DNA of 64,000 nucleotides from Raillietiella orientalis (taxonomy: Eukaryota). Made by a program: the position numbers and the translations under genes. The notes under the pieces are model-generated. The model made no database searches. It was not told the origin of the DNA and saw nothing but the letters and a program-made list of their open reading frames with translations. How positions within the stretch are numbered: position 1 is the stretch's first letter; each line of letters opens with the position of its first letter. Positions 27,701-41,508 of this stretch are shown one piece after another. The DNA lies in the NCBI GenBank assembly GCA_036172245.1, contig JAYWIR010000023.1, positions 2,728,001 through 2,792,000 on the forward strand, written 5' to 3'.

Positions 27701-30700
27701 ATCAAAGTACCGTCTGCACCACAAAGCATGCTGGTGTAATGCTAGTTACTTGCTCCAAAGAGGGCAACACGACTTACATGGATTTTGATGACATTTGCTA
27801 CAGTGGTGCCATGACCCGTGCACCATTTTTTTACATGTTGCACATTACAGTTTGGTATGAAACATATCTTGAATATTCCCGATGTAATATATAATGCATT
27901 AGGAGTGTTGTTTTGTGTGCTTCAAGCAATGGAATAGAAGTTGGTTTATTAAGTTATGAAGATGGAAAATGGAAACAACTCATTCCAGAAGATAGTGGAA
28001 GGGCTGAACTACCCTTGTTAAGAAATTCTGAAACTCTTCCTTTAGGCATGGCACTAGACACAACTAATGCTTCTCCATATGTAGTTAATGAGATGGGTAG
28101 CACTTTGCCAGGAATGCCATTATTGTATTTATTATCAAGAGATGGCCTTCTCTGCCCCTTTGTTCTAGTCAACAAATCAACAGAGGCGCAGATTATTACC
28201 AATACAGCAGAAGTCTTATCAGTGGAAGGGGAAAGGATTAGTTCAATACCTGCAACTTTGCCTCAGAGTGCTGATCCATTAAATTCAAACTCACCTGTCA
28301 TCCCACTGTTCACTCCTCATTCACCATCCCAGGCTTCACCTTCCACAGACTGTACTGGCATATCCGTTGTGACTTCTACTTCTGCTTCTACAAGTGTGCC
28401 AAGTTCAAGTGCAAGTCCTGCCTGTTGTATTACAACTTGTGTTTCTAATATCAGTACGGTGAACTTATCAGCAGTTTCTGGTCAAACTTATGCCGGTGTT
28501 TCAATCCCGAAATCAAGTTCTCCACAAGTTCCCGTATCAACTGTGCAAAATCCCTTGGAAAGTTCGTCAACAGAAGCTGCAAAAGCATTGCCTTTTGCTC
28601 AGGATTCAGGTGCCCCAGAAAAAAAATTAAGTGATACTACGAGCTCTTCCATCGAAGAAGAGTTACATGGTTTTGAAGACGAAATGCGAAGTTTCCAAGA
28701 AGAAATTATGAAAGCTCAGTATAACAATGGAAAATCGGAATTCAAAGTAAGCATTGGCATTGGCTTGCCAAATCATGGCTTGGCCAAAATTAACCCGTAT
28801 TTATTGTCAGGCAATTTCAAATCTAATGCAATTTCTTTGAAGTTGGACATTTTTATATTGAGAATGAGAATGTAGATTACTTTTTTTGAGGCCTTAAGGA
28901 TTGTATTCGTTTGTATTTTTAGATTGGAAATGAGGAAATCGGTCAGATTTCATCTCGTGTGCGGATCATGGATAATTTTACTGATCAGATGCGCCAGGAA
29001 GCATTAAAATTCAGTGACGAATTGGATTCTTTAAAGCATTTTTCTCTCCGTTGTTTTGCACTTCTGGAAGAGGCGCGGTCTCGGGAGCGTCGTATGAGAG
29101 ATCCACGATATAAAAACCTGCTGCTGAAACGATCTCTAGACCCTCGTAGCCAACAGCAGTTGGAAGAAATAAGGAAAAAATTACAATACTTAGAGTGTCA
29201 ATCGCAAGCAGTTAATCAGCACCTTGAAGAAACATGGGAACAACTGCATTCCAAAGAAAAAGGCACGAACTTTGTTGTTTCATCACCCTTTCATGAAACA
29301 ATTTATTATACGTTGCTGAGCAACAACAAACTGATTTTCCAGTTAGAACAGCGTTTTCAGACATTAAATGAAAGAATCAGAGAACATGTACAGAGAAAAC
29401 TTTCAAGAAAAGAGCTGCCTTCCCAGATGACGAAACTGAGTGATAGTTTGCAATCTATTCACATGACAGCTGAAGGAGAGAAGCCTTCGAATTTAGCTAG
29501 CAAATTTACTAATGAAAAGCGAAATAGATGCAGGGAATTTTTTTTGGCAAGGAAAGTAGCTCCTGTGCGAGTCACAACAATCAAACATCCTGAGTGTATG
29601 CAGCAGTCAATACCTTCAGATTCCAGTAGTACTGATGACTTGCTTAGAACACATGAAGAAGAAACCAAATTTGATACGTTTATGGAAGGAAAACCAAAAG
29701 CTAATATCGAATACAATGAAAGAGTTGCATATCAAGACTGCAACACAAAAAATAAAGCAGATCTAACTGAAACAGAATCGTTGGATACAAAAGAACCAGT
29801 CAGTACATCGAGCAAATCACCAAAAAGTGATCAGTTATGTGGAAATGAATTATCCTTTGCTAATTCTATGTGTGAAAGCGTTTTTTCAACAGTTCCTCCA
29901 AAATTTCAAGAGTCTCCTAATAAGCAACCTATATCATCAGCAACAAATGTTTCAAATTCCTTTTTGAAAGGATCTTCAGGGATATCAGTAGCTCCGACCA
30001 CTTCAGATTCCATATCTGTTGCCTACTTAGTTACATCAAATTCGATATTTCAATCTTCACATGATAGAGTGGATGTGGAAAACAACTACCATGCTGCTAA
30101 TGTTCCAGTTGAGGTTGAACCAGATGTCCAATCAACTGTGAAGAATGGTACAAGTGCTGCAATCTCCAGTAAATGTTTGGAATCGGCTTCACTTTCTCCT
30201 GTTAGTAGTCCATCTTCCAATGCTCCACTATTTAGTGGATCCACGGATAATCAGAAAAATCAATCAATAGAAGTCCAGTGTACGGATTCATTAAGTGTTG
30301 ATGATGAAAAAGTGAAGCACGTTGTGGATCCTAATTCGAATAATATGGAACTGAAAACAGAGATATTAAAGGGTATTAAGATATCCACAACCATAGCAGA
30401 AGAGAATGACGATATCTCAGTCTCACCAACAACAAATGATAGTGTGACATTCTGTAAATCTAATCAGAACATAGAAAAAGATGTTACTGGGTGGTCACAT
30501 GGTAACAATCCACTGTCTGTTACCTTAAATTCAAGTAATGCCGATTCTGCCTTTGAGATTGTGGCAGTGCCTGTTTCTTCATCTGATGAAAAGAATTTAG
30601 ATTTGTCAGCTGACATTAGTCTGACCGTGTCTGTTCTAAACTCTGCACCTGATTGTACAACAAGCCCTGTACCTGATTCATCTTCAGCTTTTTCTCTGTC

Positions 30701-31758
30701 CGATACAACAGTTTCAAAAATAATACAGCAGCCATCATTCTTTCCTTCTTCAAACAGTGCACCAGTTTTTGAGGCTCCAAGTACTGTTTCTTCCCCTTCC
30801 CAGGTTTTGACAGAAAAAGGAGATTCTTCATATACAGGGACTTCACAATTCATGAATAACTCAAAGTAATTGTCTTTCTACTTTATAAGTGATTTATATT
30901 GCTTTCATTATTCAGTTCTTCAGTAAACAGTTTTTCATTCAAAATACCTGTATCCCAAGAACTGATTGTAGATATGATGAACTCTGGTTGGTAGACTTTT
31001 GAATCTTATGAAATGTAAACTGCTTTTGAAGGATTTCAAGACCTGGGAAACAAGCCTGCTCAAGAATCCGAGTCTAAAAGTGTTTTCAGTTCTACTCCTG
31101 TAGGTTTTGGAACATTTACGTCCCCATTTACAAAAAATTTTACAAATTCTGCAAATGGTAATCCAATGAGTTTTGCTTCTTTGTGTACTCCAACTACATC
31201 AACAGGTACTTCCATTTGAGTTATAGATATGGTATCAATGTTTTATATTTCAGAAAATAGCATTTTTGGTAATTCAAGTTTATTGGCTACTCCAAAGTTT
31301 GGTGCACCAGCTATCCCCAATAGTCCTTCCTTTGGAGGATCCCCAAGTTTTGGAAATTTTGGAAATACTTCAACATTTGGTGGAACTCCTACATTTGGAG
31401 GTTCTTCAACCTTTGGTATGCATGATTAATATGGTCTGACATATAAAGTGAATCCAAATGGTAGGATTTGGAACTTTTTCATCAGCATCTAGTGTACCAA
31501 CATTTGGTTCACTAGCTGCCTCCAATGTTCCCACTTTTGGCTCCATTGCAAATAAAGCGAATGAATCTGTATTTGGAGGAATGTCAGATAATACTGTAAC
31601 ACCATCATTTGGTTTACTGGCTACACCCAGTCCAACCAATAGTATGTTTGGTGCATCTTCCAGTTCTGCCTCACAGTCTTTCAAGTATGTATTTATGTTG
31701 GCCAGAATAATCACTTAACACATTCTGTAGAGGCAGTGCATTTTCACAGTGGAGGTGA
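24782..31758 (+). CDS. NUP214: Nucleoporin Nup214/CAN (beta-propeller, coiled coil, C-terminal FG region); multi-exon
   Basis: Exon 25133-25262 DIFFKQTRRLRIFEEP...LVAVSNKYGFVFVG, CWSPKGKQ (27522ff), DSGRAELP...PLGMALD, PLLYLLSRDGLLCPF, coiled coil with PRYKNLLLKRSLDP, an S/T-rich linker, xFG repeats at ~31100-31680 and C-terminus SAFSQWR*. Confidence 0.93.
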
Positions 31759-32399
31759 TGAATTGATGAATTTCATCAAAAATCATTGTGCTTTAAGTAC
31801 TTATCAAAATGCCAAATACAAATATAGTTTTGCAAGTTGAGTCTTTATTGCCCTATGAAATGCTCAGTAATATAATAATAAAACTGGTGAATGATGAAGT
31901 ATATCGGATATCAAGCATGATTGAGTTTAAAAATGTTAATTGGGTTGCCAAAGTTCGCATATCATAAAAGTTTGATATGTGTACTCATTCATGTAAAAGT
32001 TTCTTCTAATTTTACTTCCTTTATAAAACCTTCTGGTATTCGAAAATTTGAACTGTAAGTGAAACGAAACCAAACAACGAAAATTTTCACTTTGAATTGA
32101 TACTGCGTTTTTTTCCTATTATTATTATTAAAATGGCTATGGTGTCCGATTTATTTCCCCAGATTTTATTCGAAATTTTGTTCGTTATTTTCCTTACGAG
32201 AAAAGTTGGATTCCCTCACTGCAGCACAGAGATATCGTAAAGAAGGACGGCAGATGTTACTACTGGGCTCATTAGTTGTGTAGACGCTAGATACAAACTA
32301 TCTAGGAAAATTGCTACAATCAATCTAATCGTGCTACAATTCTAGAAGTTAGAACTGTAGGCACCAAAAACCTTAGAATAACCTTTCCAAAAAAATGGG

Positions 32400-35100
32400 T
32401 TCCTCCGCGTGCTGGAGACAAAAGGTTAATCACTTTTTAGCATTAGATTCTGGGATTTTTAGGTTTTAAGAACTCTAAGTTCCAACATCACACCTTGGAA
32501 GCAACATTCTGGACCTCACTTTGGGTCCACGTTGCATGAAACACTTTTCATGCTAACTGTACCAGTTTTTGTTCTAACTCGCATTTTCTCAGAAACATTC
32601 GTTCTCGGCTCTTGACAAACAGAAACTGATACTGCTAATGCTTTTTTGTTTAAACATCATTGATTCAAGACGGTTGCAGGTCATTGCATCTAAATTGCCG
32701 AATCATTAAACCTTACAAATCTTGAGGATAGTGGTGGATGATTCATCGTGGATCTCGATGTAAAGACGTGGATATCCAGTTGAAATATGGAAAACTGTTT
32801 CTCCACGATGGATGCAGTCAGAATAAATGCTCTTGCCTTTCTCTAAATGCAAACTAGCTGTCTGTACTGACCAAACGAATGTATATGACTGATATGTGTA
32901 AATGACTGTTCAAATCCGTACAGAGGTTTTCACATGAGTACACGATAACCCTCGGTCGGCAACCAAGACTTTACGCACCCCAAACAATTGTGTAGATTTT
33001 CGAAGTTCCTTTTCATTAGGAAGAATGTTGCCATTTTTCAAAATAGGTTTAAAATGTTGAGAGACTGCTACAGGGTAAACACAGTCCCTTATAAATCAAC
33101 ATCTTTGCGATTCCTGAAACAGTATGCACCGATCTCATTAAGCGCCTCGAGAAGTTAAAGAGCAACAAATAGTCTTTCTTATTTCTTTCCATCATTCGAA
33201 GACGGCATTCGGAATGCTCCTCACACTTCAGGTTCACACATTTTGCCTCCATAGAATAGAGCTGTCTTTGCTAGGGTTCTAAGAGTGCTATCCCAATTGC
33301 TATCGCCAGTAAATTCAAAAGGCGTCGTATCTTAGACAAAAGTTTTTTTTGCACTAAAGCATTAGCCTTATCTCAAAAGCTCAACCTGATGAAAACCAAC
33401 TTTAATATGGTTATATTTCCAGGTTATAAGCCTAAAGAGATAATAAAAAAATCCTCTATATTTTGGAAGCAAGCTCACTTAATCTTGGGTGCCAATAGTC
33501 GCTTGCTTCATCTCGGAAATTGCCAACGAATCGAATCCTCGAATCCAGCGACTACCCCAACATTGCCCAATTAACACCAAAGGGAGAAGCCGCATTCAGA
33601 TCTGCATCTGAGTCTCACAGTCTCATACTGGCGTCTGCATCTCACTTGCTCCCTCCTTTCAACCGGAGTATCAGTCAGTTGCAGCTGCATGCAATCTTTT
33701 CCGCGCAATGAACATTCTCAATACACAAAAGATTACATCCATTGAATTTTCCAAACGCTTCAACACGTGATATGCACGACATGATCAAAAAAATGCTCGA
33801 ATAAAACTTTAGCCTCAACACAGTCAATTCAAGCAGGAAACCCTTGGTTTTCACTCTCGCCACCTGAAATGAGAGAGATTTAGGAGTGACTTTCAATAGC
33901 TCTGTCATGGCTGCAATATTGCGCCTTCAGCAAGATGAGCTCTGAAGTGCAGAAGGAACCTAATTTAATTCCTACTACTTACAAGCTGCTTGCTTACAGC
34001 TGACACTCTGTGATAGGTTTCATCTGTCAGCCATGATTTTCCTGTCTGTCTTAATTACAGATAACATGGCGTCCTATTAGGACTTGCAGGTCGTTAGGGA
34101 TTTTACAGAGGCTCATCAAGTAAGATACTCTTGATCGGCAACCTGCATATTACGAACAAGTGCCTCCTCCTGTGCACCAATTCCACGAAATTCCCTTTAA
34201 GTTCCCGATTCTCACTTTGGCAAAGCTGCCTAAAGTCTCAGTAAACCTCCCTAACACTTCCGAAAGGACCTTATGAATCCTTGGGTTCTATTACAACCAC
34301 GTCTCTCAAGATGATACCCCAAAACTCTTTTGAATTGTTCAGACTGAGAAGTTTTTGCACCACTTTTCTGTGAAGGCAACGGAGTTATCTACTGTAAAAT
34401 CCACAAGATGAACTGTAGTCTCTGAATTCTCAAGATCTTCCCGTGCTTTCAGAAGAGTCATTTTTTTCCGGGCGCCCAAATCAACTAGCCCTGACTTGTT
34501 GATTTTAGCCAACTAGCCCCGCTTGCCGCAGGGCGGAAATTCTCACTGATTCACTGCATTGCATTTGTCTTGCTCTATCCCATCAGGTACCTCATCGAAC
34601 TCATCTCCGATTTTATGTAGCCTCCGTCGGGAAGCAGGGATCTGAGAACACTTTTCTCTACTCTTGCTAATTGCATCCCCCCCCCTTTATCCCAGCAATC
34701 AGCTCTTGAGTTATTTGGAGAGTTCAGGGCACCAAACCACATATCGCAAAGTGGTGTGCTCAAGGCTTCCTTGTGCGTAATGACTGTGCTGCTGCTGGAT
34801 ATAATGAGAATTCATTCACAGCTGCCGAAGGTTTAGCACTAGCAGGTGCCATCGGACCATAGTCTCATCCGAAGAAGTTTTTTCTTCCAGTGTTTAAGTG
34901 AATCTTGGAAACTTTCCATTTTTGTGGACTCCTCATGTTCCTTTGTACTCCTGTCTTTCTATGGGATGGTAAATGAGTGGACATTTCGGCTTGACCAAGG
35001 CCGCGATATCGTGACCTCTTGCTCTGGAGTTTTCCCGCATTCTCTCGAATACGAGAGGGTGCTACTGGCAGCGCAGAAATTTTTCACATAAGCAGTCTAT
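32400..35100 (-). mobile_element. Possible highly decayed non-LTR (RLE-type) retroelement remnant; boundaries approximate
   Basis: Minus-strand fragment CIHRGETVFHISTGYPRLYIEIHD (32816-32745) resembles the CCHC knuckle plus RHD/RHN motif of RLE LINEs. Weak RT-like fragments upstream (DYWHP, DAF, LLLFN) sit among stops and frameshifts. Region looks somewhat GC-richer than the flanking introns. Confidence 0.35.
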
Positions 35101-35897
35101 TAGAGAAAATCTAGTAGAAACTCGAGCATCAAACTGAAAGGGAAAATAACCAGTGATAGATTATTACTTGTTCGTGTATAGTAGAAATTTAGTAAACACA
35201 ACTTTGTGGCTGCAAGTTTTTAAATTAGCCTTGCTGCCCCCATTCCACTTGAAGCTTGTGATTTTTCGGGTTTTCTGAATAATGAAGGCAAATTACTTGT
35301 GCGGTTTTCGTCCGTCTCGTTCTGTAGGACGAGTAACATGCTAGGCTAATAACAGTACAAATATCAAACGTTGTCTTATACAATCCTCCGCTGTTCCTGA
35401 CGTCGAAATGGAACACTTTCCGTGGTAATCGCAGAGGTTAGGCGGTTAGTCGGTTGTCATAGACAAAGTTTTTGCTCCTACAAATGACGACTATGCATTT
35501 CGGTCCAAACCCTTGAATGAAACAACCACAGATGGAACATTAGTCACCAGTGCCTGATGGGATTAGTGGTTACCACTTTTCTTGTAGCCACAGCTACCTG
35601 CGGTTACGGGTAACGTATACGTGTTGGCAAGTACGTGGTAAATGAAAAGGTCACTTGCAATATCTAAATTTGCCAAAAATCCTTCGCATTTTACCTGGCA
35701 TCAGATTTTCCAGTGGGCCATTTTGAATTATGTATTTAAGATCCCATTCTTTTTCGCAACCCTTATGAAACGCTAACGGGATAAATATATGTATAAAAAT
35801 AAACTGGTGAACTTCATACTGCTTCAATTTTATTTTGAACTGCACCGAATTAAATCTAAAAATGTCACGTGATTGAGCATCTTTTTCGGACTTGCAT

Positions 35898-38800
35898 CTA
35901 TAACTTCGTAATCAATTTTCGATCAGTAATACGCGAAAGATCTTTTAAATGAAAACCATTAGTCTTGTTATCTTCTTCTAAGCTCTTTGCAATAGCTCCT
36001 TCTAAACTCGGAGAAGAACCCAATTTGAGCAAAACATCACTAGCCTCTGATACTGTAGAACCAGCAATATCAATACTATCTGAACTAACACTTCTTGCTT
36101 TCTGTATCTTTATCATTTTTTTTGAAATAAGTTCCGCTTTTGTTTCCAGTTCTAACTGATGTATTTCAAAAGCAGCACTGATCTTCTTCATCGACTCCAC
36201 TCTTTCAAGTAAAATCTGAAATCAGCATCATCAATGATATTCAGAATTTAGATTATAAAGACCTTTATCTGTTCTTCATGTAAACGATTGGAATTTTTGA
36301 GGCAAAGTTTCAGTTCAGAGATAGCAGAATCTTTTTCCAAAAGCATTTCTTCCAGTCTACTTATTTCAGCTCTAAATGCTTGATTTTCTGTATTTCTTTG
36401 TTCTAATTGCCTCTTCATACCTAGTTAAGAAAATTTTTAGAGAACACGTAGATAGTAACAACTGCACCATTAAGATCATCACGACAGGTGCCAAAAATCA
36501 GTTCCTGAAGATCCTGTAGTTTTAATGATGGAGTTCTCATTTCCAAGGTTTTTCGATGAAGTTCTCCTAAAAGAAGAAAATCCTGCTGCAGCTTTTCCCA
36601 TTCTCCTCTGCTTTGGTTACTAATTTCTTTATCCTGAAGTAATTTCTGACATTCTTGTTCACAAGCATAATGCAAACTCTGAACTGCTTGCAAATCCTTT
36701 AATACTATAAGCAACCTACTACAGAGAAGATGCCAAACCTTGTTTAGCTTCTTTTTATCTTCTTCTATTATTTGTAAGGACTGCTCAGACCTTTGTTGAC
36801 TATCCTCCAAGTCTTTGACTTTTGCAGAAAGCTGAATGATGGATTTTTCATAAGTATCCCTTTGAAGCTTATAGTCTGCATTTGCTTTGGCATGGGCTGC
36901 TAGCTCTGCATGCAGTTCTCCTTCCAAGCTATTGATATGGCTAGTGAGTTCAGCTACTTGATTCTGTAACTGTTTGTTTTGATCATCCAACTTTCGAGTT
37001 TCACGCAATTTGCTAATCAGTGCTCGATTCTCTGTAATTTCTTCCTGCCTGCGGATGCGCTCATATAAAAGCATAAACTGTAGCTGGTATAATTCATCTA
37101 GAAGGTTTACCACATCTTCTAGCAATAAAGCAAGTTCCCTAAAACATCTGATTCCTACCATTATTTTCATTTGATTCACTTAAATTCAATGCATCGATTC
37201 TAGTATCAAAAAAACATGATAAGAGTTCTTTGATACAGGGAAGCTGAAACTTTTGTTGTTTGCTATCCAGTTCTAATGGTGGCAAAACATGTGGCTGGAG
37301 TGTAAAGGATACTAGATTTTTGATCTCTTCACCATTAATTTCTAACGGATCCTCATTCGAGATTAACGAATGTCCACTAGCTGAGTTTTGGTCCCTAGGA
37401 ATCTGGTAGAAGTGCAACTAATATTAAAGATTAAATGTTAGCCCCTGTACTTTGACAGATGAAAGTTTCTCTGATAGGCCATCAGACAGTTCAGAATTTC
37501 TCACAGGAAAAGGTAATTCCCGATCTTTTAAATCGATTGTACCCTGATTCCATGCAAGCCTACTGTCTCCAGGCAAATCCTGATGAACTGGAACTGTCTT
37601 CGCCATTTCCGAAACATTTGGTGCAATTATGCCTTCACTTAATTCTTGCACAATGCTTAGTTCTTGTAGTTTCTTTAGAAGAAGAGGGCTTTGTTCTTGT
37701 AATAAATCTTTACGTAATTCTTTCCTAAGAGGTGACGATGGGATAGAATTATTGCAAGGAGAAACTACTTCTGAACTGAGTTTAGAGAAACTACTTGTAC
37801 TGTGTCTGTTTCGAGTGCTAGAAGACATCCACAGAGAACTGGATGAAGCTGATGCCTCAACATCCTAATAAACCAAACTACGTGAGTCCCTTGTAAAAAA
37901 TGATCAGTATGTTACCTTTACAGGTGTGGTGTAGAGCGTAGTCACGGGAGTGGCTTCTATAGCCTGCTCAAGAGGCTGAGAAACAACTGTCGAAGATGTA
38001 GTTACCTGATAAAAAAAATTAATGCAGAATTCAATACGTAAAACAAGTGAATAATAAATATTGTAAAGATGCAAACAACCTTATGCTCTTAGAACAATTG
38101 AGTCAACAAAATAATGTTTACTGGTCAGTCTAACCTACTTTACCTTGTTAGCATTTGTAGCATTGGGCAGTTTTGTATCACAGATATGTGAGGAACCAAA
38201 CAGACAACCAGCACTATTTTCCATGGCTGACTGCAGCACGGACCCATCATTCAGAGGTAAAACTTGCTGTTGCAAATAATGGGACCAACCTGAACATGAA
38301 GGTTAGATGCATTTGCAGAGAACATTCTGTTTCCAATACTTTGCATTGGTTCTAACTCTATGCATAAATAACACATGAAAGCAAGGAATTCCGTTGTTAA
38401 AACAATAATAAAAGTAATATATAAATAAAATAGCTCATGACTTGCCAATAAAAGCATACAAATTTCCAATCTCTTTACTCAAATTCCGGATGCAAAGACA
38501 CTTACATGACAAATGAATAAGTTTACTGCATCAAATACCTTTGTGATGATACACTTTCTTCATGTACTAGTTTCCTAGAGATTTGTTTTTCACTGGGCAA
38601 ATTTAAATTATTTAGTATGCAGTAATTTTGCACAGTAGCAGTTCAAGCAAAAAATGATAAACGAAATTATCCGGAGGCATGGGATAATGCAAGTAAAATA
38701 TTAGTTTTACGAAAATATCGTGATATGCCTGGTAAGCTTTACTTTACGATGAAAATCATGCTTAAAAAGCAGGAAAAAATAGGCGAAGTGACCTCAAAAT

Positions 38801-41296
38801 AAAACTAGTTAAGACAATTACGAGAAACTCTTTACACTTTGTTTGTTATTGGGCTTGTTTCATCAATAGTAATCTGCATCATCTTGATCTAAAAAATAAA
38901 GATACTTCACAACGAAGGGGAATTGGAAAATACAGATTTGGTAAGAATAAGCCAATCCTGTGTTCAAACAACCAAGAGCAATATCATTCATCCTCAATCA
39001 TTCTTTGTTTTTCATAATTCATGCAGTCTTTCCTTCACAAAAAGAAAAAAATCCCTAAATCAAAAGGAGAATAATACATATAAGATTCAAATTTGTATTT
39101 TCAAATCTAAGGTGTACTTAGCAATAACATTGAGGATATATAACTTAAAAGACTTGGATCTATCCTTGAAAAATGCAGCAAGCATGGAATAAAGGCAAAA
39201 CCTACATGTGTTAGCAATGTGCACACAGCTATTAAACCACTGGTACTCCTTGGTTTAGAAAAAATTCATGACAATACGAAAAATAATAAAGGCATGGTAA
39301 ATTGATGCTTGCAAATTGGACAAATTAAAGTTGAATCAATGAGACTTGTTTTAAAAATACTACTGCAGCCTTAAAAACACACACAAAACTGCTGTAACAA
39401 AATGATCACATCCAAATGTTCATTAGAATGAGAGAATATAGGCATATGAAGCTCGAAATGTTCGTCTAAGAGAAATTTTTTTTTAAATAAGATACTGTTA
39501 GGAGTAATGAGCCAAGTTAGGAATTAGGGAAGTTACCAAAACTTGATAAACACGGAATTATATTTAAAAAATCCCGAAAAATTACTTTCAAGAATTGTTT
39601 TCATGGCTAAATAAAAACATGGAATTTAAATAACACAAAATCGTCAGTTACTTGCGGTACATTTCTTTTGTTTTGCTGCTGTTCGAATAAATGAAATGGC
39701 AAATATTGTGAGTAAGCATGAAAATGTTCTCTACATATGAATCTTATTAAAAGTTAATCTGATTCTTGGATTGAGTAGATCGAAATATTTTCAACAACTG
39801 CATGTACCTCTGAGGTTTACTTCTGAGTCCAGGTATGGTTCAGGAGCTTGCTTACTCACAGTCAAGTCATATTCCAAATACAGCTTTTCCGCATCAGGTT
39901 TTTGTTTTTTCCATCTATGTACAGAATTTGCATTATTTTAATACTCAAAAAACTCAACATGAATCATCAAAAAAGATAATTCGGCTAAGGAAACTTGAAG
40001 AAACGATGGGAACAAAAATTAAAAAGAAAAATAAAAAAGAACATGCTCATTCTGATCTTAATCTATATAATAGGTGATTTGAAATTTTTGGAGGAGACTT
40101 TATATACTAAATAGTTTTGCAAAAACCATACAATCATTATAGATGTATCCAAACAAAATTGATTTTTGCATAATTATTATGCATTGCAGAAACTATAATC
40201 AACATGTACTCACTTTAAAAAGTTTTCATAACATCTCAAAATACATTGAGAACTATCCGAAAACAAAAGGTAACCTCATAAACTAGTCCATCATAATTAC
40301 CTGGCGGGGTTTCTCTCCCAGTCTCTGGAGCTTGTAATCAAATGTGGATTGAAGCATAACCGTTCCCAGAATGGCTGTATAAGATGGCATCTTAGAAGAT
40401 GCATTAAATTCCTGGCAATTCACCTGAATGACTAATTGCAAAATCTCCTGTTGAGATTCTTTTTTATATTCCTGACAGAGAAATCCCACAAAATTGCAAG
40501 GATACCAAGTGTATAACTGAAGAAACAAAGAGTATAAAGAAGCATGAAGATAAGAAACATCAATATGTTTTCTGGAAAGTACCAGGATTTCCCGGGTTGC
40601 ACGTCTATAAAATAGAGACATATATAAAATTGCAAATTTCTTCAGTGACTCACTCGAACACATGAAAAAGTTCATTTAGGTTTTGATCAGAAGCCAGTCC
40701 TGCTGGAATGATGGGAATAGCAATGCAGATGGTTTGTAAGCAACATAGGAAAAAACACAGTGACGTTATGGGCTCATGCTAACAAGAAAAAATCTGCCAT
40801 CAAAGTTCGTCCAGTCTATCAATTTTACTTTTAAAATTTTGAAAAGCTCCCGTATCAGACTGTGCCGGGATAGAATATGCAGCCAGGAGGGCTTTTTCTT
40901 GAGCAAAGCAGCAAACACCAACAATCCTTGTAATCTGATTGCCTGATCAGAATGCTTCAAACACTCATTAATCCTATAAACAATGTGCTTAAGATTGATA
41001 TTTTATAGGAGAATAAAAATCACCTGTCCAAAAGAACACGACTTCCTGCATCCTGAACACATAACAGTAATGGCAAGCAGACAGGATCATTTGTTTGCAA
41101 GTAGCAATCAAACAAATGAGTTATGAGCAGTGCTTCAGATGCTGCAAATACAAACTGAAGACAAAGTAGACAACAGTTATGACTTACTGTCGCCATAGAT
41201 ATTTGGAAGTTTTTCCTTGATCTCCAAAATGTTTTGGATATTCTCTCTTTTCAGAAATAAAACCAATTCTGTAACATCTCTGGCCGACTGAATCAT
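35898..41296 (-). CDS. TSC1: TSC1 / hamartin; multi-exon
   Basis: Spliced motifs: LFDCYLQT...VLLDRINECLK...KKPSWLHILSRHSLIRELFKILK; YLHASLYSLFLQLYTWYPCNFVGFL; FNPHLITSSRDWERNPAR|WKK; AIEATP; LQFMLLYERIRRQEEITENRALI followed by a coiled coil. All match hamartin hallmarks in order. Confidence 0.92.
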
Positions 41297-41508
41297 GGCC
41301 TGGAAACAGGTTGGGATGCTGCATTGGACAGGCAACAAGCAGCTTGATTCATCTAATCAGCTGATATTTGCCAACATGGTTCTGAAATCACATAAAATCC
41401 ACTCAACTCAGTTGAAGATGCACATTTCCGCTCCCATTCCTCAAATCATGCAAAAATCATTCAACCTCCAAAGGAATCAAAAAGCTATGACAATTTAGCC
41501 AAGACATG

